The notes below the pieces were generated by a model. That model made no database searches and was not told the DNA's origin. It worked only from the letters and a program-made list of their open reading frames with translations. The position numbers and the translations under genes are program-made. DNA of 53,388 nt, the filler included, from Sluysia triapertura (Eukaryota): NCBI GenBank assembly GCA_046118255.1. It is 4 parts of 4 records of this genome, joined end to end, with 100 filler letters (N's around TTAATTAATTAA, not from the genome) between each part and the next. Parts side by side here need not be neighbours in the genome. Positions count along the whole stretch, not along the records: positions 25,955 to 37,741 come from JBJNIA010170813.1; positions 37,842 to 53,388 come from JBJNIA010225461.1; 2 more parts are not named here. One strand, written 5' to 3'. Below, piece by piece: positions 28,988-40,129 of the stretch (position 1 is its first letter; each line of letters begins with the position of its first letter).

Positions 28988-29656
28988 CGTCTGACAATTT
29001 CATTTTATTAGAGTCAATTATACTATCATTATTCTAAATGACACTTTGGGCCTATACCTCTACAATATGAATCATTATTAGAAGATTACGAACTTGGTGC
29101 GGTTTTCGCTTGACGTGACAAATATTTTTCGGCTAAATAAAGCCAAAGGGATTATACGTATTTTTATCGTGTCTGTTTATCGATAATCGATTAATGGTAC
29201 TAATTTTACAAAAATATAGCTGGAAGTTTGAACCAACAAAATGTGTCAGAGTAAACCATGTTGGAGTTATCTAAAAGTATTTTGTTAAAACCTTCATTCA
29301 AAATATGTTATTAAAATGGAATGAATTACGAAGGAACCCATCAGTTAGATCTAATATAATTAATAATAAAAATGTACAAAATGAGAATAATTAATATTTT
29401 TATTAATATTTTTATTGTTAAAAATTAATATTTTTAACAATAATAGCTAATAATGTGATTATTGATAATATTAACAATAATGGTAATAACAGTATCAGGT
29501 TGCCATCACGACCCTCTAAAATTATATAAATTATTATTAAAATTTTTTAAAATCATTAAAAAAATATTTTAAAGTTTCCAAATATCCAAAAAACATATAT
29601 TTTCCAAAAAAGAAAATAAAATTTTCAAAAAGGAAAATGAGTTTCTAAAATAGAAT

Positions 29657-29719
29657 AGAAACTTCTAGAATGTTCTAGAACATTCCATCAATTTCTTTTG
29701 GCTGATGATTAGTATATAA
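29657..29719 (+). promoter_or_regulatory. Six-pentamer heat-shock element followed by a TATA box
   Basis: aGAAa cTTCt aGAAt gTTCt aGAAc aTTCc (29657-29686) is six perfect alternating nGAAn units; TATATAA at 29713-29719. Confidence 0.7.
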
Positions 29720-30381
29720 CTAGCATCAGTACAATTTTCGATACACAATAGTTATTCATCTTATTTTCATCTTTGTTTGTTTCTAAACCATCTGTTTTGA
29801 CTAGTTTTGTTAGTTACGGATATTTGGTTCAGTCGTTATTCTGAAGAATTCTATTCAATCATATTGGATATTTGGCAAAAATTTTATTTCATGAATATGG
29901 TAATTTGTTTTTTTTGTAGGGAATTTTTATCTTCCTGGAAGATAAAAAAAAATTAAAATATTACGATAAAATCCCTACTTAAACTTTGTTTTTACCTTTA
30001 TCTACGAGAGGAATTTTAAATCAATAAAATTGTCGCGTCTTTGTACTTAATAATAATAGCAAATTAATATCGGTTAATTTATTTATTTATTTTATTTATT
30101 CAATATAAAATTATCACAAATTTCTTTATTTTGATGATGTTATTTATTCAACTCAAAGATTAAATTTTAAAATAAAATAAACAATAATTCAATAATTTAA
30201 TGATTACAAAAAAATCATATACAAATCTTTACTAAACAACGATAAAATGACTAAAACTACAAGATTAATAATAACGTTTAAAATATAATCAAGGATATAA
30301 CAGTCTACATGAAGAAACCAGGATGCAACAAACACTAAAAAAATATCAATATCTAGAAAGTTTAAAATAGTAATCTTGGTT

Positions 30382-30660
30382 AAATATTTTAAAAATAAAT
30401 TGGACAGTGTGTCTTCTACAAAATTATATTAAAATTAGCTAAAAATCAAATTATTAATTTAAAATATTTTAAAAATAAATTTGGCAGTGTCTCCCACGAA
30501 GTTAACTTAAATCGCTAAAAGTCAAATAATTAATTCAAAATATTTTAAAAATAAACTGGACAGGGTGTCTCCAGAAAGTTGAATTAAAATTGCTAAAAAC
30601 AAAATAATTAATTCAAAATAAAATAAATTTGTCTGGGTGTCCCACAAGATTATTCTTAAG
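30382..30660. repeat. Diverged tandem repeat, about 76-79-bp unit, about 3.5 copies
   Basis: Recurrent AAATATTTTAAAAATAAA-TGGACAG(G/T)GTGTC...AAAATT(A)GCTAAAA...AATTAATT; a further related copy near 41905-41955. Confidence 0.8.
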
Positions 30661-30849
30661 ATTCTTCCCAGAAAAACTTATTTATTTTATTTTATTTAAT
30701 AATTTAAAATAATAAAAAATAAAAATAAATAAAAAGATTACCATATACATGGATCTTCAATGCTGGTAGGATTATGTGAATGTATGACTGTGTTATTGTG
30801 TTGCAAAATTTTTAAAATTTTTATTTTATACTCTTTCATTATCCAATCA

Positions 30850-31205
30850 ATCCCAAGTCTCACAATCAAGCACTATCTCACACAAATAATCCAAACCTCT
30901 TTGAGAATCAGACCGACAATAACAACTTTGACAATTACATGGTAAGGTCTGTCAAACTTCATTAGGTACAAAACATATAAATTTGATTTATCATCAACCA
31001 TCATTTCCTTTTACTCTAATCAATCTATTTTTACTTAAATTACTTATCATATTAAAATAACAATCTATAAAATTGTTAACCTACATAAAAATAATGAATT
31101 TAATTTCACATTTTAGAATTTAATTAATTTTTCTATTTTTCACACCCAATTTTCTAATGAAAAATGTTTTAAGGTTTTTATTATTAAACGAACCATTCTA
31201 CAAAC
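30850..31205 (-). mobile_element. Decayed Ty3/Gypsy integrase
   Basis: *NGSFNNKNLKTFFIRKLGVK (cf. DNGxxFxxxxFxxFxxKLGIK) followed by LMKFDRPYHVIVKV (GPY/F motif); the downstream non-coding tract 30110-30660 is homologous to 41560-41960. Confidence 0.5.
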
Positions 31206-32280
31206 ATTTCGAACTCACTTATAGATTCTCGTCTTTCATAGTAATCATCTCATATTCCATTCATCACATTTTCATCACTCTAAGTATAAAAAAATTCAAC
31301 ATTCAATAATTAAAAATTAATTAAAATTTGACTTTGCTCAATATTAAGGCTTTCTTGCATAGCTTCATCGAAAGGTCTTTCAAAACAAATACATAGATTT
31401 CCACATTCAAGTTATTCACAAAAATATACATTTTGTTAATTAAGTTAATTAAGTTAATTAAGATTTTAATTAATAGTCCATTTTTTGACTTAATCTTATT
31501 TTATGTTTAAAGCTATTTAGCATTTTATAAGACATTCAGGAGGCTCTAGATGTTTTCACCTTCACCTCTCTGATTCCTTTTTCTACTTCTTCATGCTAAT
31601 TATTACTATGTTAAACTTATCTTTATTATTTTGAACAAAGATTTTATTTCTCAAATATTTTAACGATTTTATAATATCACTCGAAGATCTTATATGCTTA
31701 TCAAGGTTTCAAGAATACTTAAAGATTAATAAGATCTTAAATGATCTAAAGGTTCCAAAGTTCAAAGGCACCTTAATGCTTCGAAAGGTTTTTTAAGTCC
31801 ATTTCAAGCTTTCTTAAGGTCTCAAACCCTTATATAGGTCTTTGGAACCTTAAGATATTCAGTACCTGTTAGGATCATTATAAATGCTTTCTTTATCATG
31901 ATTCTTATTTCAACAATGTTCAATTCATTTATTTGTATAAGTTCTTCCTTTATTTTATGATTTTATGTTTCTTTCTCCTGATCTACAGCTGGGCAATCCC
32001 AACATTACTGTTAATAATATTATTATTATTATTATGAAGCGATTAATTTATAAAATTAAATTGTAAAATATATTATTTTACTCATTAGAATCTAAATAAA
32101 TGGAATTACTACTGTTTACGAAAAATATTTATTGTTTTATTTTAAAATTAAATTATAAATATTATTATTATTAAAATTATTATTATTAAAATTATAAATA
32201 ATATTAATATTATTGCAATAATAATAATAATTATTATTGCAATAATATTGTTTTGTAAATATGTATTTTTTATTGTTCTA

Positions 32281-32790
32281 TTGTTTAATTATTTTATAAT
32301 TACTCACTTAACCAAAAATATATAATTAATTGACATATAATTACTTTTTGAATATATTCATTATAAATAAATAGAGATTGAATTACAATTATATTATTCC
32401 ATGAAAAGTTAATCTATCAAAAAAAACCCGCACCAAAGGAAAGAATAGATAATTCAGAGAAGTGTTTAATAATATTAATACTAACATTATATCATTTTGT
32501 TATTGTAGAATAATATTTAAAGAATTCATTATCTAACATAAAAATAAAGTTAATTGCATTACCAAGTAATTTTTATATTTTTATAAGTTTGAACTTACAA
32601 GTTTTACTATTTTAAAGGCTAAAAGAGAAAATATGTAATACGATTCCACCTTCAGAACAAATTATTTTAGGTATTATTTTAATCAGTGAGAATTATCCTA
32701 GTACATTCATATTTGATAGACAAAACTTGAAGGAATAAGAAACATCATTAGAAAATGCAAATATAAACCTCACACTAGGATTCAGCACAT
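32281..32790 (+). pseudogene. Probable decayed tandem ubiquitin-like (Ubl-Ubl) ORF
   Basis: Across stops and frameshifts: FIITHLTKNI*LIDI*..FEYIHYK*IEIELQ / HEKLIYQKKP...TLYHFVIV, then IKIKLIALPSNFYIF / KFELTSFTILK / LKEKICNTIPPSEQIILG...RQNLKE*ETSLENANINLTLG. Each half parallels ubiquitin IFVKTLTGKTITLEV..DTIENVKAKI...IPPDQQRLIFAGK...TLSDYNI..ESTLHLVL. Confidence 0.4.
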
Positions 32791-33311
32791 AATAACATCG
32801 CCACATTGCTGTATGAAAAATTATCAAAGTTTATTTAATGATAAATAGATCCAAAAAAATAAAACCTTATTTTCTATCTCCATAAGTACTCAAAGGCGTT
32901 TTCATATGTAATATTTATTTAAAAGTTATCATTATTGGATTTCAACTGGATATAAAAAATAAAATAATTTGCACTTAACTACTAAGTAAGTAATATTTAT
33001 TAATAAGTTGACAATAAAAGCACTAAACCTAAGATAATTGTGTAATTTCGATAAGAAATTGAATAAGTTTAGGTAATTAGTTAATAATAAAATCAGGTAA
33101 AATTGCGTAAGATCTCAAAACAGATGTGTGTGCGAGAAAGTTGAAAATAATTTGTAATTAATTATTGTCAAATAGTATTTAATAGAAATAAATACAACTA
33201 CAACAAATAACTTTAGATTTTATATATTTTAAAATATAATTAAAAATTTATCTAAACTGAAATTATTTAATATTTTTGTTAACATTTTTATAGTAATTAA
33301 ACATCAACTAA

Positions 33312-34862
33312 ATGAAGAAGTATCAGGATATTTTAGATCAAAATTTAATAAAAATATCAGTTTTTAAACTAACTGATACAAATGATGAAGATAATTGTAT
33401 TCAGTGTTATGGTCCATGTTCAACTGTATTAAGTTGTAGTCATTATTTTTGTAATGAATGTATAGATGATAACATTGCCAACATAAAAAGTGAAGGTTTA
33501 GAAAAAAATGAAAAATGTCCATATTGTTTAAAAAATGTTACAACAGTTAGTACATCACGACCTTATGCAGTGAATTGGCAAAAAATATCAGAAATAAGAA
33601 ATCTCCCACATGAATTCTTGGAAATATATAAAACTAAACTTAAATGGTTATTGATATCAAAAAATTTGGATTTAACAGATGATTTTATGGCTCGATTTTC
33701 TGATAATATCAAATATATGGAATTATCACGCAGAAAGAATTTACCACTTGATTTTTTAACGAAATATAAATATAGATTACATCTTCGATTTTATATTATC
33801 ACCAATATGGATGATTTGTCTAATTATGAACAATTTATTGATTGGAAACTTGTATCAACTCTTTGCTATTTCCCTTTTTTAAACGATTTTACGTCCAAAA
33901 AAATATATTGGAATTATAGCAAATGCTTTGAAAGCGATATTTTACAAAGTCATTACGATAAAATAAATTGGCATTTGCCTGGAAATGATGATCCCGCTCC
34001 TGAATATATGGAATTTATTAAACATAAACTAGATTGGCAGAAAACTAGCAAGAAATATAGAAATCCTGAATATATAATAAATAATTATTATGAATATATA
34101 GATTGGAACTCTATGTCAAAAAATAAAAGTATTAATATCAACATTATGCGTAAATATAAGCATAAATTAAATTGGAAGAATTTTAATATCCTCTATACAG
34201 AAGATATAATAGAAGAATTTGAAGACTTGATTGATTGGGATAATGTGTCCAGATCACGAGAATTGAATATCGAAATTGTTTCTAAATATTCAAACAAAAT
34301 AAACTGGAATATCATTTGTGCCAAAAATATCGAAGATGTATTTGATAACATTAAAGATAAAATTGATTGGAATGTTATTTCTAAAAATTGTGATCTTTAT
34401 TTTCTTGATCCTCAATGTTACACAAACATAGATTGGAAAAGTCAATCAAAAAATATTTCCTATTTTATTTGGGAGAACACAAATTACGACAATATTATTC
34501 ATTGGGACATATTTTGGAGTAAAAATAGATCTGCAGTTAATTTTATGAATAATTATTGTCACAAAATAAACTGGAATTGTCTATCTCAAAATCCGTATCT
34601 TAAATTACAAACAATTGATATATACAAAGACAAATTTAATTGGGAAGATATATCAAAATATACGAAATTAAGAAACATTGATACTTTCATGCACGAGAAT
34701 ATACGATGGGACATAGTTGCTCTGAGAAATGATTTGAAGCCATATTTTTGTGCTTTATTCAAAAGTAAGCTTGATAATAATATTTTAGTTAAAAATCCAA
34801 TAATAAATGATGAATTTATGAAAACAGTCGAACATATTAATACAACATTACTTCCAGAATAA
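33312..34862 (+). CDS. RING-HC (C3HC4) finger plus about 19 tryptophan repeats; putative E3 ubiquitin ligase resembling entomopoxvirus/NCLDV W-repeat proteins
   Basis: Uninterrupted 516-codon ORF in DNA where other ORFs are short. RING: CIQC-x9-CSH-x2-CNEC-x18-CPYC. Then 20-23-aa repeats of the form (I/L)(D/N)WxxISxNxxLxxxFIxxYxDK. Start context TAAATG at 33309-33314. Confidence 0.85.
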   Translation: MKKYQDILDQNLIKISVFKLTDTNDEDNCIQCYGPCSTVLSCSHYFCNECIDDNIANIKSEGLEKNEKCPYCLKNVTTVSTSRPYAVNWQKISEIRNLPHEFLEIYKTKLKWLLISKNLDLTDDFMARFSDNIKYMELSRRKNLPLDFLTKYKYRLHLRFYIITNMDDLSNYEQFIDWKLVSTLCYFPFLNDFTSKKIYWNYSKCFESDILQSHYDKINWHLPGNDDPAPEYMEFIKHKLDWQKTSKKYRNPEYIINNYYEYIDWNSMSKNKSININIMRKYKHKLNWKNFNILYTEDIIEEFEDLIDWDNVSRSRELNIEIVSKYSNKINWNIICAKNIEDVFDNIKDKIDWNVISKNCDLYFLDPQCYTNIDWKSQSKNISYFIWENTNYDNIIHWDIFWSKNRSAVNFMNNYCHKINWNCLSQNPYLKLQTIDIYKDKFNWEDISKYTKLRNIDTFMHENIRWDIVALRNDLKPYFCALFKSKLDNNILVKNPIINDEFMKTVEHINTTLLPE

Positions 34863-34930
34863 ATAATTCTAAATTGTTAATATTATTTTAATTTAATAAA
34901 TTTTAAATGCTTAAATTTTTAATAGTTGAT

Positions 34931-35780
34931 ATGGTAAAAATCATTTCTTGTACTTAGGACACATTTGTAAGTGGATGTTATGTAAATCACCAATTTTGTA
35001 AAGATGAAAGCTGCAAATATTAAAGATCACATTTAAGAAAAATCATAAAATAAACTTAAAATTCTCGAATCATTTTTATGAATTATTTTCAATGCTATAT
35101 TTGTAAAGAGCATAAAATATGACCACCCGAAAAACTTATCTGCGCCCATTTTCTTTTCAACCCACTAATTTAAAATTTATTCTCTTATGATTGCAGATTA
35201 AGCAAAACCACATCAAGTAGTACTTTGGGGCGAGCATAAGTTTGAAGGTATCTGATTATAAAATTTGTATTGTATTATGCAATATTGATTTAGTTTTAAC
35301 CCCAATATATCAATATCAATTTTCGATAATGTAATTAAATAGAAATATATTACAAATGTATAATGTAAAATCTGAAAATGCATTCTTCAAATAATAAATT
35401 TGTGCTTATTATTGCATAAAATTTAGGAGTAAGCTATCATTACAATTTAATCATATAAGCTTGATTTTAGGACTATTTTAAGAATAGTTATTATTAATTA
35501 GAAACTACTGTTGTTAAATATGATGAAATAAAATTAACTGAGTTAAAACATAGCAATACTTTCATTACTTCTAATTCCAATGGTATTTTTTGTACTTTGG
35601 TATTTCTTTCTAAGTTACAACAAATTGCTATTAATATTAAAAATTGCAAACCTGCATTGACCCAAAATATAAATTTTATGAATAACGATACGATTAGTTT
35701 TTGTAAACCTTTTTATAATGGTAAATTTTATAAATCATTAAATGTATTTTTTCTATAGATTGATTGCATAATTAATTTAA
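34931..35780 (+). pseudogene. Probable decayed RING + W-repeat paralogue (same strand)
   Basis: GCYVNHQFCKDESC and FQCYICKEH (RING-like ligands), then FSFNPNISISIFDNV (35289), YKLDFRTILR and NKIN* (TGA where TGG is expected, 35527-35541), resembling the repeats of the intact ORF. Confidence 0.45.
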
Positions 35781-35949
35781 GATATATGTAATATACATAT
35801 AAATAAATCAAATATTTTCAAGTCTGCATTTGTATCATAACAAAACTTAATTTTAATTATAATTGAAATTACTACCGCGAAATAATATAAAACCATAACG
35901 TTGTAAATTTTGCATTTTGTTGAATGAAATTTAAAACGATATTTAGAAA

Positions 35950-36830
35950 TATTTCTCAAAGTAATAAAGTAAGTATTTTAAAAATAAATTTTTTCACATC
36001 GTAACTCCATCTTCGATTCTGATACAAAAATCTTTCTTTGATACTTTGAATCTTTTTTTCTTTCATTATCTTCAATGAATTTCATAGTGAAATTGTCTTT
36101 AAAATGCTTGGCTCAATATTTTAAATATCAAACAGTTCTTGGAGTTCTTCTGTAATGAAAAACTTAAATTTTGGAATTTAATGTCCTGGAACTCTAGAAT
36201 GAGATCTTCACTCAAAACTTAAATGCTATTCCAATTCACTATTACCGATTCATTAAATTAAATTAATTAATTCATGAAATTCTCGGATTTATGATAATTG
36301 TGAACTAGAAATTTGTTTTTCCAAAAGTTCTTATTTTCCAAGAACGAAAATTAATCTTTTCTTGATATTTTTGATAAATTTCCTTCAAGTGATATTCTAT
36401 TCGGCAATTAAATATATGTCATATCGAAATATTTTGTACACAAAAAAAAGTCGATACTTTATTTGTTACTTCATAACATGCGTTGATATTCCATTGCATA
36501 TTTTGATCAAAGTAATAAATGATAATTTTACTCTCCATTTTATAAGATGCTTTAAACTCTCTGAAGGTAAGTTAAACGTAGATTGAAAAATGAATTTTGG
36601 GTGAATCGGTAAATTCATTTTAATATTCGTGCATAAAAAGATATAGTAATACAGTATTTCATCTTAGATCTGTTTATATTTCTGTATGTAGTCGTTTATC
36701 TCTCATATAGGACACATAGAAACGGCATGAGAAAATTTTACAATGTCATAATCCCATCGGCTTGTATAGATAGTGACAAAAATACTCGGTCTAGCTAGTG
36801 ATACTTTCTTTCGCATCCAAGATAATATTG
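35950..36830 (-). pseudogene. Decayed RING + W-repeat paralogue (convergent strand)
   Basis: YYLGCERKYH*, MCPI* (TGA for Cys, 36714-36703), FNLPSESLKHLIKW, EIYQKYQEKINF, SQLS*IREFHELIN, VNWNSI*VLSEDLILEFQD (36239-36183) and DNFTMKFIEDNE appear in an order matching the intact gene architecture. Confidence 0.6.
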
Positions 36831-37167
36831 ATGTTTAAAATGTTACTTGGTGATTAACAGATTTTATTTGCCATGAACAAATATAGTGTTGTATAAAAAA
36901 AATAAAAATAAACAGAGAGAGAGAGAGATAGATTAATAATAAGGATAAAAAAGAAAATAACTATAATAATGATAACAATTATGAGATTATTATGTTTACT
37001 AATATAGAATTGTTGAAATTTATTATGAAATTTTATCATAAAATTATTATTAAAGTTATTATAAAAGTTATCATTTGATATTTATTATATAACAATAATG
37101 ATTATAATTTTTTACAATTTTTTAATATGATATGAATCGTAATAATAATAACAATAGCTGATGATAG

Positions 37168-37625
37168 TTAGATGTGATGGTCGTTTTTACTTTTAAATGA
37201 GTTTAGTAGTTTGTTTAATAGTTCGTGTATTTGTGGAGTGTTTTTATGCGATGAATTGTGATGAATTATGATGGATTTTATGTGATGAGTAATAATTTTG
37301 CAATATATCAAAGATCTTGTAAGATTGTTAACAATATAATTGTAACAAAAATAAATAAAATAATGAGTATATCCATGCACCAAATGATGAATTTCACAAC
37401 GACTATCTGCGAAATTCTCTGCACTTATTCATGATCTGTAATACATTGCTTCTTCTATCTCTTTTTAATAAGAATACGCTCTCAAATGCAACTCATATCC
37501 TAAGAACAAATACTAAATTCAAGAATGTAGTCTTAAAAGTCGCATCAGATCACTATTCAAAACAATTTCCTTCAGAAACAAATTCTTTAACTTCTATAAA
37601 ATGGTATCTTCTGAGAGATCACTTG
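37168..37625 (-). pseudogene. Single-frame decayed ORF with several in-frame stops, unknown family
   Basis: DLSEDTIL*KLKNLFLKEIVLNSDLMRLLRLHS*I*YLFLGYELHLRAYSY*KEIEEAMYYRS*ISAENFADSRCEIHHLVHGYTHYF continues in frame into the 37168-37383 ORF. Confidence 0.3.
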
Positions 37626-37741
37626 TCTCAAACAAAACATATAAATACCATACATATTGTTAGTGTTTTTCCTTATTCCTAACAAATTATCTGTCGGGTC
37701 AGTTCGCTTAGTATATACGCTTTATACCAACTTGGAGACGT

Positions 37742-37841
37742 NNNNNNNNNNNNNNNNNNNNNNNNNNNNNNNNNNNNNNNNNNNNTTAATTAATTAANNN
37801 NNNNNNNNNNNNNNNNNNNNNNNNNNNNNNNNNNNNNNNNN
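37742..37841. other. Artificial 100-bp assembly spacer
   Basis: N44-TTAATTAATTAA-N44, followed by (AAT)n. Confidence 0.95.
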
Positions 37842-37877
<36 letters not shown>

Positions 37878-39443
37878 TTTAGATAGAAATTCATAAAAGA
37901 CAGAATATATAAAATTTATATATTTTACTCAATTATTATTATTTGAATAGAACTGATAACTTATTAATTCAATTTTCCATTATAAATCAATTTACGATAA
38001 AATTACAAGAAAATATTTTCAAGAAATATTTTAATAAATAATAATTATTAAAGTTTTTACCAATAGAAATTAATGCTGGCTGTTTTCTTAATAAAAGAAC
38101 TTAACTAGCAGCAAAATAAATTCTTATTCCGAGTCCGTTTACAGTATATGACTTACTAATGGCGTACCTGTAAAATTACGTGAGAACAATTCTAAATATT
38201 AACTGTATAAAAATACTCCTTGCCTTAACTTAAACAAAATCGTCGATTATGTCAACGGATAACTGAATAACTTATAAAATATAAAGCTAACAATGACCCT
38301 TTGCGGGCGTCTGTATTTAAGTTTATGTAAGAAAAAGGTTAACAAGATTCGTATAAAGAAGTATTACTCTTTTACCTTTAAACTTTCAGTTATTTACTAA
38401 GTCTTACTATAATAATCGTGAATTTTACGAGTTTGCACGTGTTATTTTGTAGAAACTATCAATAAAAGTTAGTTTTTTGATCCTTTGAACAATTAATGAG
38501 TTTACACTGTAATCAAAGTGCTTCCAATGAAATATTTATCTAATTTTAAGTTTCCTGCAGTATAAAAAAAGATCGATTTATGTCACAAATGTAACGTTAA
38601 AATGATAATAAGCTAAAACTCAAAAATTATATTACAATATTGATAAATTTGATAAAATTATAATAATAAAACGGCTATAAGTTTATAAAAATGAAAACAC
38701 AAATAACGTATATTAAATAATAACAAGTATAGTAACGTTATTAAATTATTTGTAATAAAAGGTCTAGCCCGAAGACTCTACTTGTTGATAAAGATTTTGT
38801 AATTGACCTTAAGGGCCAACTAAAAGATAATGATTTTATATTTTAAGATGATTTTATGATTGATCTTAATGACAAACCAAAAAGAGATATTCTCAATCTA
38901 TTTAAAATAAACTTACTAATTTAATTAATAATTTTAATAATTGAAAATCGAATGTTCAAGATCAGGGAACTGTCTATTGCTTGTTTGATTTATCTGGTTG
39001 AAGAGGAAGTGAAGCTGACATCTCTCTAATCGAATAGGCGAGATCTAATTCTATTCTGTACTTGAATTGAGTCGTTAATAAAATAAAATTTTTTTACACC
39101 TTTACATTTTGAACTAAGTCTTCAATCTTACTTAAAAGCTTACTACACATTTATAGTATTATAGTATTCTGTTTGTGGGTCTACTAATAATAAACCTGCA
39201 GCTAATGGTTCATGTCATTATTGATAATGTTTGTCTAGTAGTAATTCAGATTCAAAATCTATATAAATACCAAATGGTGGCGATACTGATTAACCGTGAT
39301 CAGTAAAATCACATTTATTATTAATGCGACATAATGTACAAAGTATCTTCTTCGAGATTATTACTACATAAATTAATAAGATTATTAAATGAGGTACCAC
39401 AGAAACCTTATTCTTATTCTGCATTAAGAAATTCAAATTCGTC

Positions 39444-39510
39444 TAATAATAATAATAATAATCATAATAATCATAATCATAATCATAATCATAATCATAA
39501 TCATAATCAT
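39444..39510. repeat. Compound (AAT)n/(AATCAT)n microsatellite
   Basis: Directly visible; explains the NHNH run in the 39334-39624 ORF. Confidence 0.9.
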
Positions 39511-40129
39511 AAATTAACAATTGCTTCACTATTACACTTATTTCTGCATAATAAAAATATTTTATCATGGATATCAGATTCATCAATAAGGTTACATTTA
39601 AAAACATTTATCTTTCGAATTTAGATAATCATGAAGAATTTAAAATTTTTATACCGACTTCATCCAAATATTTTATATAATTATTGCGCGAAATCTATGA
39701 CTTTTATCTATAAAATTATATTTCAAAATTGATAAGATTGAATGTAAAAACATAAGCCATCGTTATTTTGAACATTAATAACACTTTGAGCATGTATTTA
39801 ACCTCTCTAGTGTCTTAATATATGAACTACCACTTAAAAATGTTAATACTGAAAATTTTATTAGAATAAAATAAAACTCTAAAATTTGGTCTGCCTGGAT
39901 TTTAATATGTCCTAATTGATTTTTAATTTCTCTTAACTTAACTATCATTTCGTTAGGTAAAAGTACTGATATTACATCTTGATCACTTAAATTGTAACTT
40001 AAAATTTGGTTATTATTACTTAAATAACTTTCTAGAGATTATTTACAAGCGAGGAAAATAAAATGATGCAGGCGATTGCACATCAAGATTAACAAATGTA
40101 GGTGTAGAAGGCAATGTAAATTTTAATAA

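Noticed and set aside
30382-30660. CRISPR-like array
   Set aside because: Units are diverged along their whole length with no unique spacers, and the context is eukaryotic with no cas genes.
37168-37625. Alternative genetic code or stop read-through to explain in-frame stops
   Set aside because: All three stop types occur along with frameshifts in other remnants, and the intact 516-aa ORF reads normally in the standard code; decay is the simpler explanation.
39334-39624. ORF with poly-Asn/Asn-His run (also the poly-Tyr ORF at 44299-44529)
   Set aside because: Produced by microsatellites; no other coding signal.
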